DNA of 64,000 nucleotides from the human T2T-CHM13v2.0 reference genome, Homo sapiens. Position 1 is the stretch's first letter, and each line of letters opens with the position of its first letter. The notes beneath the pieces are model-generated. The model did not search any database. It had not been told where the DNA came from and was given only the letters and a program-made list of their open reading frames with translations. The DNA lies in NCBI RefSeq assembly GCF_009914755.1, contig NC_060934.1; one strand, given 5' to 3'. Both the position numbers and the translations under genes were made by a program. Positions 57,246-64,000 of the stretch are shown piece after piece.

Positions 57246-59464
57246 ATTCCCTTTTTCAACGTAGGCCTCAAAGGTATCCAAAATATCCCTTTGGAGATTC
57301 TACAGAAAGACTGTTTGGAAACTGCTCAATCAAAATAAAGGTTCAGCACTGTGAGTAGAATGCACACATCACAAAGAAGTTTCTCAGAAACCTTCTGTCT
57401 ACTTTTTATATGAATATATTTCCTTTTTCACCACAGACCTCAATCTGCTCAGAAATATCCCTTTGTAGATTCTACAAAAAGACTGTTTCCAAACTACTCA
57501 ATCAAAAGAAAGGTTCAACTCTGTGAGATGAATGCGCATATAACAAAGAAGTTTCTCAGAAAGTTTCTGTCTAGTTTTTATGTGAAGATACTACCTTTTT
57601 CACCGTAGGTCTCAGTGCACCCTCAAGTATCCCTTTGCTGGTTCTAGAAAAAGACTATTTCCAAGCTGTTCAATCAAAAGAAAGGTTCAGCTCTGTGAAA
57701 TGAATGCACCCATCATAAAAAAGTTTCTCAGAAAGCTTTGGTCTAGTTTTTACACAAAGATATTTCCTTTTTCACCACAAGCTTCAAACTGCTCAGCAAT
57801 ATCCCTCAGCAGATTCTACAAAAAGACTGTTTCCACGCTGCTCAATTAAAAGACAGTTTTGACTCTGTGACATGGATGCACACATAAAAAAGAAGCTTCT
57901 CAGAAAACTTCTGTCTAGTTTTTAAGTGAAGATATTCCCTTTTTCAAAACAGCCCTCAAAGGGATCCCAAGTATCGCTTTGCAGATTCTACAAAATACTT
58001 CTTCCTAACAGCTCAATCAAAAGAAAGTTTCAACTCTGTGAGTTGAATGCACACATCACAAAGACGCTTCTCAGAGAGCTTCTGTCTACTTTTTACATGA
58101 AGGTATTCCCTTTCTCACCATAGGCCTCAAAGGACTCCCAATTACTCCTTTGCAGATCCTATAAAAAGGATCTTTCCAAACTGCTCAATCAAAAGAAACT
58201 TTCAACTATTTGAGTTGAATGCACACATCATGAAGAGGTTTCTCAGAAAGCTTCTGTCTAGTTTTTATGTGAAGATATTTCCTTTTTCATGGTAGGACTC
58301 AAATGGCTCAGAATTATCCCTTTGAAGATTGTAGAAAAAGACTGTTTCCAAACTGCTCAATCAAAAGAAATCTTCCACTCTGTGAAATGAATGTGCTCAT
58401 CACAAGGAAGTTTCTCATAAAGCTTCTGTCTCGTTTTTATGTGAAGATATTTCATTTTTCACCATTGGCCTCAAACTGCTCAGAAATACCCCTTAGGAGA
58501 CTATACAAAAACAATGTTTCCAAACTCCTCATTCAAAAGAAAGGTTCAAACCTGTGAGGTGAATGCACACATCACAAAGAAGATTCTCAGAAAGCTTCTG
58601 TCTAGTTTTTATATGAAGGTATTTCCTTTTTCACCAAAGACCTCAAATGGCTCCTAAATATCCCTTTGCAGATTCTACAAAAAGAATGTTTCCAAACTGC
58701 TCAACCAAAAGAAAGTTTCAACTCTGTGACATGAATTCACACATCATAAAAAGGTTTCTCAGAAAGCTTCTGTATATTTTTATATGAAGATATTTCCTTT
58801 TTCACCATAGGCCTCAAATGGGCTCACAAATATCCTACTGTGTCTTCTACAAAAAGACTGTTTCCAAACTGCTCAATCAAAAGAAATGTTTAACTCCATG
58901 AGTTGAATGCACACATCACAAATAATTTTCTGAGAAAGATTCCGTCTAGTTTTTATGTGAAGATAATTTCCTTTTTCACCATAGGCCTCAAAGGGCGCCC
59001 AAATATCCCTTTGCAGATTATACAAAAGAGTGTTTCCAAACTGCTCAATCAAAAGAAGTGTTCAACTCTGTGAGTTGAAAGCACACATCACAAAGAAGTT
59101 TCTCAGAATGCTTCTGTCTAGTTTTTATGTGAAGATATTTCCTTTTTCATCATACGCCTCAAACTAGTCAGAATTATCCCTTTGAAAGATTCTAGAAAAA
59201 GACTGTTTCCAAACTGCTCAATCAAAAGAAATTTCAAGTCTGTGAGTTGAATGAACACATCACAAAGAAGTTTCTCAGAAAGCTTCTGTCTAGTTTTTAT
59301 GTGAAGCTATTCCCTTTTTCATGATAGGCCTTAAAGGGATCCCGAATATCCATTTGCAGATTCTACAAAATGAGTGTTTCCAGACTGCTCAATCAATAGA
59401 AAGGCACAACTCTGTGAGATGAATGCACATAACACAAAGAAGTTTCTCAGAAAGTTTATATCTA

Positions 59465-60244
59465 AGAATGATGGTTTCCAGTTTCATCCATGTCTCTAAA
59501 AAGGACATGAATTCTTCATTTTTTGTGGTTGCATAATATTCCATGGTGTATGTGTGCCACAATTTCTTAATCTAGTCTATCGTTGTTGGACATTTGGGTT
59601 GGTTCCAAGTCTTTGCTGTTGTGAATAGTGCCACAATAAACATACGTGTGCATGTGTCTTTATGGCAGCATGATTTATAAACCTTTGGGTACATACCAAG
59701 TACTGGGACAGCTGGGTCAAATGGTATTTCTAGTTCTAGATCCCTGAGGAATCACCACACTGATTTCCACAATGGTTGAAATAGTTTACAGTCCCACCAG
59801 CAGTGTAAAAGTATTCTTATTTCTCCACATCCTCTCCAGCACCTGCTGTTTCCTGACTTTTTAATGATTGCATTCTAACTGGTGTGAGATGATATCACAT
59901 TGTGGTTTTTATTTGCATTTCTCTGAAGGCCAGTGATGATGAGCATTTTTTTCATGTGTTTTTTGGATGCATAAATGTATTTGAGAGGACAAATAACCAA
60001 ACACCTTATGTTCACACTCATAGGTTGGAATTAAACAATAAGAACACTTGGACACAGGAAGGGGAACATCACACTCTGGGTATTGTTGTGGGGTGTGGGG
60101 AGGGGTGTGTGGAAATATACCTAATGCTAAATGACAAGTTAATGGGTGCAGCACACCAACATGGCACATGTATACATATGTAACAAACCTGCACATTGTG
60201 CACACATACTCTAAAACTTAAAGTATAATAATAAAATAAAATAA
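59465..60244 (+). mobile_element. LINE-1 (L1PA4-like), ~780 bp, 5'-truncated with 5' inversion
   Basis: Antisense ORF2 C-terminal region at 59465-~59986, then the sense ORF2 tip + 3'UTR + (aaaat)n tail at ~59986-60244. TSD agaaagtttatatcta (59449-59464) vs agaaagtttctgtcta (60245-60260), 14/16 match. Older diagnostics: GGAAACCATC, CACCAACATGG, TAACAAACC. Confidence 0.95.
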
Positions 60245-63200
60245 AGAAAGTTTCTGTCTAGTTTTTATATGAAGATATTTCCTTTTTCACCATAGGACTC
60301 AAACTGCTCAGAAATATCCCTTTGCAGATTCTACAAAAATACTGTTTCCAAACTGCTCAATGAAAAGTAAGGTTCAACTCAGTAAGATGAACACACATAT
60401 CACAAAGAAGTTTCACAGAAAGCTCCTGTCTAGTTTTTATGTGAAGATATTCCCTTTTTCACCACAGGCCTCAAAGGGAACCCAAATATCCCTTTGCAGA
60501 TTCTAGAAAAAGTCTGTTTCCAAACTACTCAATCATAAGAAAGATTCAACTCTGTTAGTTGAATGCACATATCCAAAGAATTTTCTGAGAAAGCTTCCGT
60601 CTAGTTTTTATGTGAAGATAATTCTTTTATCACCATAGGCCCCAAAGGGTCCCCAAATATCCCTTTCCAGATTCTACAAAAAGACTGTTTTGAAACTGCT
60701 AAATCAAAAGAAATGTTCACCTCTGTGATAAGAAGGCACACATCATAAAGAGGTTTCTCAGAAAGCCTCTGTCTAGTTTTTATATGAAGATATTTCCTTT
60801 TTCACCATAGGCCTCAAAACGCTCAGAAATATCTCTTTGCAGATTCTACAAAAAGTCTGTTTCCAAACTGCTCAATCAAAAGAAAGGTTCAAAACTGTGA
60901 GATGAATGCAGATATCACAGAGAAGTTTCTCAGATACTTCTGTCTAGTTTTTCTATGAAGATATTCCCTTTTTCACCATAGGCCTCAAAGGGATCCCAAA
61001 TATCCCTTTGCAGATTGTACAAAAAGAGTGTTTCCAAACTGCTCACTCAAAAGAAAGGTTCAACTCTGTGAGTTGAATGCACACTTCAGCAAGAAGTTTC
61101 TCAGAAAGCTTCTGTCTAATTGTTAAGTGAAGATATTGCCTTTTTCCCAATGGCCTCAAACCACTCACAAATATCCCTTTGTAGATTCTACCAAAAGACT
61201 ATTTTGAAACTGCTCAATCAAAGGAAAGTTTCAACTCTGTGAAGTGAATGCACACATCATAAGGAAGTTTCCCAGAAAGTTTCTGTCTAGTTTTTGTATG
61301 AAGACATTTCCTTTTTCATCATAAGCCTCAAACTGCTTAGAAATATCCCTTTGCAGATTCTAGTAAAAGACTGTATCCAAACTCCTCAATCAAACGAAAG
61401 TTTCAACTGTGTGATGTGAATACACACATCACAAAGAAGTTTCTCAGAAAGCTTCTGTCTAGTTTTTATGGGAAGATATTTCCTTTTTCACCATATGCCT
61501 CAAAGCACTCCAAATATGCATTTGCAGTTTCTACAAAAAGACTGTTTCTAAACTGCTCAGTCAAAAGGAAGTTTCAACTCTGTGAGATGAATGCACACAT
61601 CACAAAGAAGTTTCTCAGAAAGCTTCTGTCTAGTTTTTATGTGAAGGTATTTCCTTTTTCACCATAGGCCTGAAATGGCTCAGAAATATCCCCTTGCGTA
61701 TTCTAGAAAAAGACTGTTTCCAAACTGCTAAATCAAAAGAAAGGTTCAACTCTTTGACATGAATAAACACGTCACAAATGAATTTCTCAGGAAGCTTCTG
61801 TCTAGTTTTATGTGAAGATATTCCCTTTTTCACCATAGGCCTCAAAGGGATCCCAAATATCCCTTTGCAGATTCTTTAAAAAGACTGTTTCCAAAGAGCT
61901 CAATCCAAAGAAATGTTCAACTCTGTGAGGTGAATGCAAACATCACAAAGAAGTTTCTCAGAAAGCTTCTGTCTAGTTTTTATGTGAAGTTATTTCCTTT
62001 TTCACCATAGGCCTCAGACTTCTAGGAAATACCCATTACAGATTCTAGAAATAGACCATTTCCAAACTGCTTAATGAAAAGAAAGCTTCGACTCTGTGAG
62101 ATGAATGCACACATCACAAAGAAATTTCTCAGAAAGTTTCTGTCTTCTTTTTATGTGAAAATATTTCCTTTTTCACCATAGGACACAAACCTCCTAGAAA
62201 TATCCCTTTGCAGATTCTACAAAAAATCTATTTCCAATCTGCTCAATCAAAAGAAAGGTACAACTCTGTGAGATGAATGCACATATCACAAAGAATTTTC
62301 TGTGAATGCTTCTGCCTAGTTTTTATGTGAAGATATTTCCTTCTTCACCATAGGCCTCAAAGGGCTCCCTAACATCCCTCTTCAGATTCTACAAACAGAC
62401 TGATTCCAAACAGCTCAATTGAAAGAAAGGTTCAACAGTGTGAGATGAATGCACACATCATAAAGAAGTTTCTCAGAAAGATTCAGTCTAGTTTTTATAT
62501 GAAGATATTTCCTTTTTCAACATAGACCTCAGACCACTCAGAAACATCCCTTTGCAGATTCTACAAGAAGACTGTTTCCAAGCTGCTCAATCAAAAGAAA
62601 TGTTAAACTCTGTGACATGAATGCACATATAACAAAGAAGTTTCTCAGACACTTCTGTCTAGTTCTTATGTGAAGATATTCCCTTTTTCACCATAGGTCT
62701 AAAAGGGATCACTAATATCCCCTTGCAAATTTTACAAAAAAGACTGTTTCCTAACTGCCCAATCAAAAGAAAGGTTCAACTCTGTGAGTTGAATGTGCAC
62801 ATCACAAAGAATTTCTCAGAAAACTTCTGTCTAGTTTTTTTGTGAAGATATTTCCTTTTTCACCATATGCCTCAAACCGCTCAGAAATATCCCTTTGCAG
62901 ATTCTTTAAAAAGACTGTTTCTGAAATGCTCAATCAAAAGAAAGGTTCAACTCTGTGAGATGAATGCACACATCACAAAGAAGTTTCTCAGAAGGCTTCT
63001 GTCTAGTTATTATGTGAAGTTATTTCCTTTTTCATCATAGGCCTCAAAGGGGTCCTAAATATCCCCTTGCACATTCTAAAAAAACACTGTTTTCAAACTG
63101 CACAATGAAAAGAAAGGTACAACTCTGTCCGTTGAATGCAGACATCATAAATTACTTTCTGAGGAAGTTTCTGTCTAGTTTTTTTGGTGAAGATATTTGG

Positions 63201-64000
63201 TTTTTCAACATAGGCCTCAAACGGCTCAGAAATATCCCTTTGCAGATTATACAGAAAGACTTTTTCCAAATTCCTCAATCAAAAGAAAGGTTCAAATTTG
63301 GGAGTTGAATGCACACATCAAAAGAATTTTCTCAGAAAGATTCCGTCTAGTTTTTATGTAATGATATTTCCTTGTTCACCATAGGACTCAACCCCTCAGG
63401 AATATCCTTTTGCAGATTCCAGAAAAAGTCTGTTTCCAAACTGCTCAATCAAAAGAAAGCTTCGACTCTGTGAGATGAATGCACGCATCAAAATAGTTTT
63501 CTCTGAAAACTTCTGTCTAATTTTTATGTGAAGATATTTCGTTTTTCACTATAGGCCTCAAACCGTTCAGAATTATCCCTTTGCAGATGCTACAAAAAGA
63601 CTGTTTCCAAACTGTTCAATCAAAATAAATGTTCAACTTTGTGAGATTAATGCACACATCACAAATAATTTTCTGAGAAAGCTTCTGTCTGTTTTTTATG
63701 TGAAGATATTTCCTTTTTCACAATAGGCCTCAAAGGGCTCCCAGATATCCCTTTGCAGATTATTCAAAAAGACTGTTTCCAAACTGCTCAATCAAAAGTA
63801 AGGTTCAATTCTGTGAGACGAATGCACAGATCATAAGGAAGTTTCTCAGAAAGCTTCTGTGTAGTTTTTATATGAATATATTTCCTTTTTCACCATAGGC
63901 CTCAAACTGCTCAGATATATCCCTTTGCAGAATCTACAGAAAGACTTTTTCCAAATTTCTCAATCAAAAGAAAGTTTCAACTCTGTGAGATGAATGCACA

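Overview
This window is hominid (human or great ape) pericentromeric DNA; I cannot assign a chromosome. About 90% is diverged ~171-bp alpha satellite in one orientation (reverse complement of the conventional consensus). It carries pJ-alpha-type boxes (TTCCTTTTYCACCRTAG), and I saw no CENP-B boxes, so it looks like inactive or relic centromeric layers. Five 5'-truncated L1PA-class LINE-1 insertions interrupt the satellite: 9809-10240, 33366-34878, 47737-47800, 53586-57242 and 59465-60244. Three of them have twin-priming 5' inversions. The satellite is not uniform. It forms sequence-distinct layers (A 1-8.9 kb, B 8.9-14.1 kb, A again 14.1-27.3 kb, C 27.3-32.05 kb, D 32.05-38 kb, E 38-64 kb), and several contain fossil higher-order structure. 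The clearest examples are a degenerate HOR in layer C, in which a 5-mer became a 7-mer by internal dimer duplication, and nested 4-, 5- and 6-mer duplications at 38-47 kb. Two independent L1s sit at the same position of the alpha monomer. There are no genuine protein-coding or RNA genes: all listed ORFs are satellite translation artefacts or decayed L1 ORF2 pieces. I found no evidence for a novel gene system, so the interesting signal is structural and evolutionary. Layer boundaries are approximate, and L1 subfamily calls rest on recalled 3'-end diagnostics, not on a database search.
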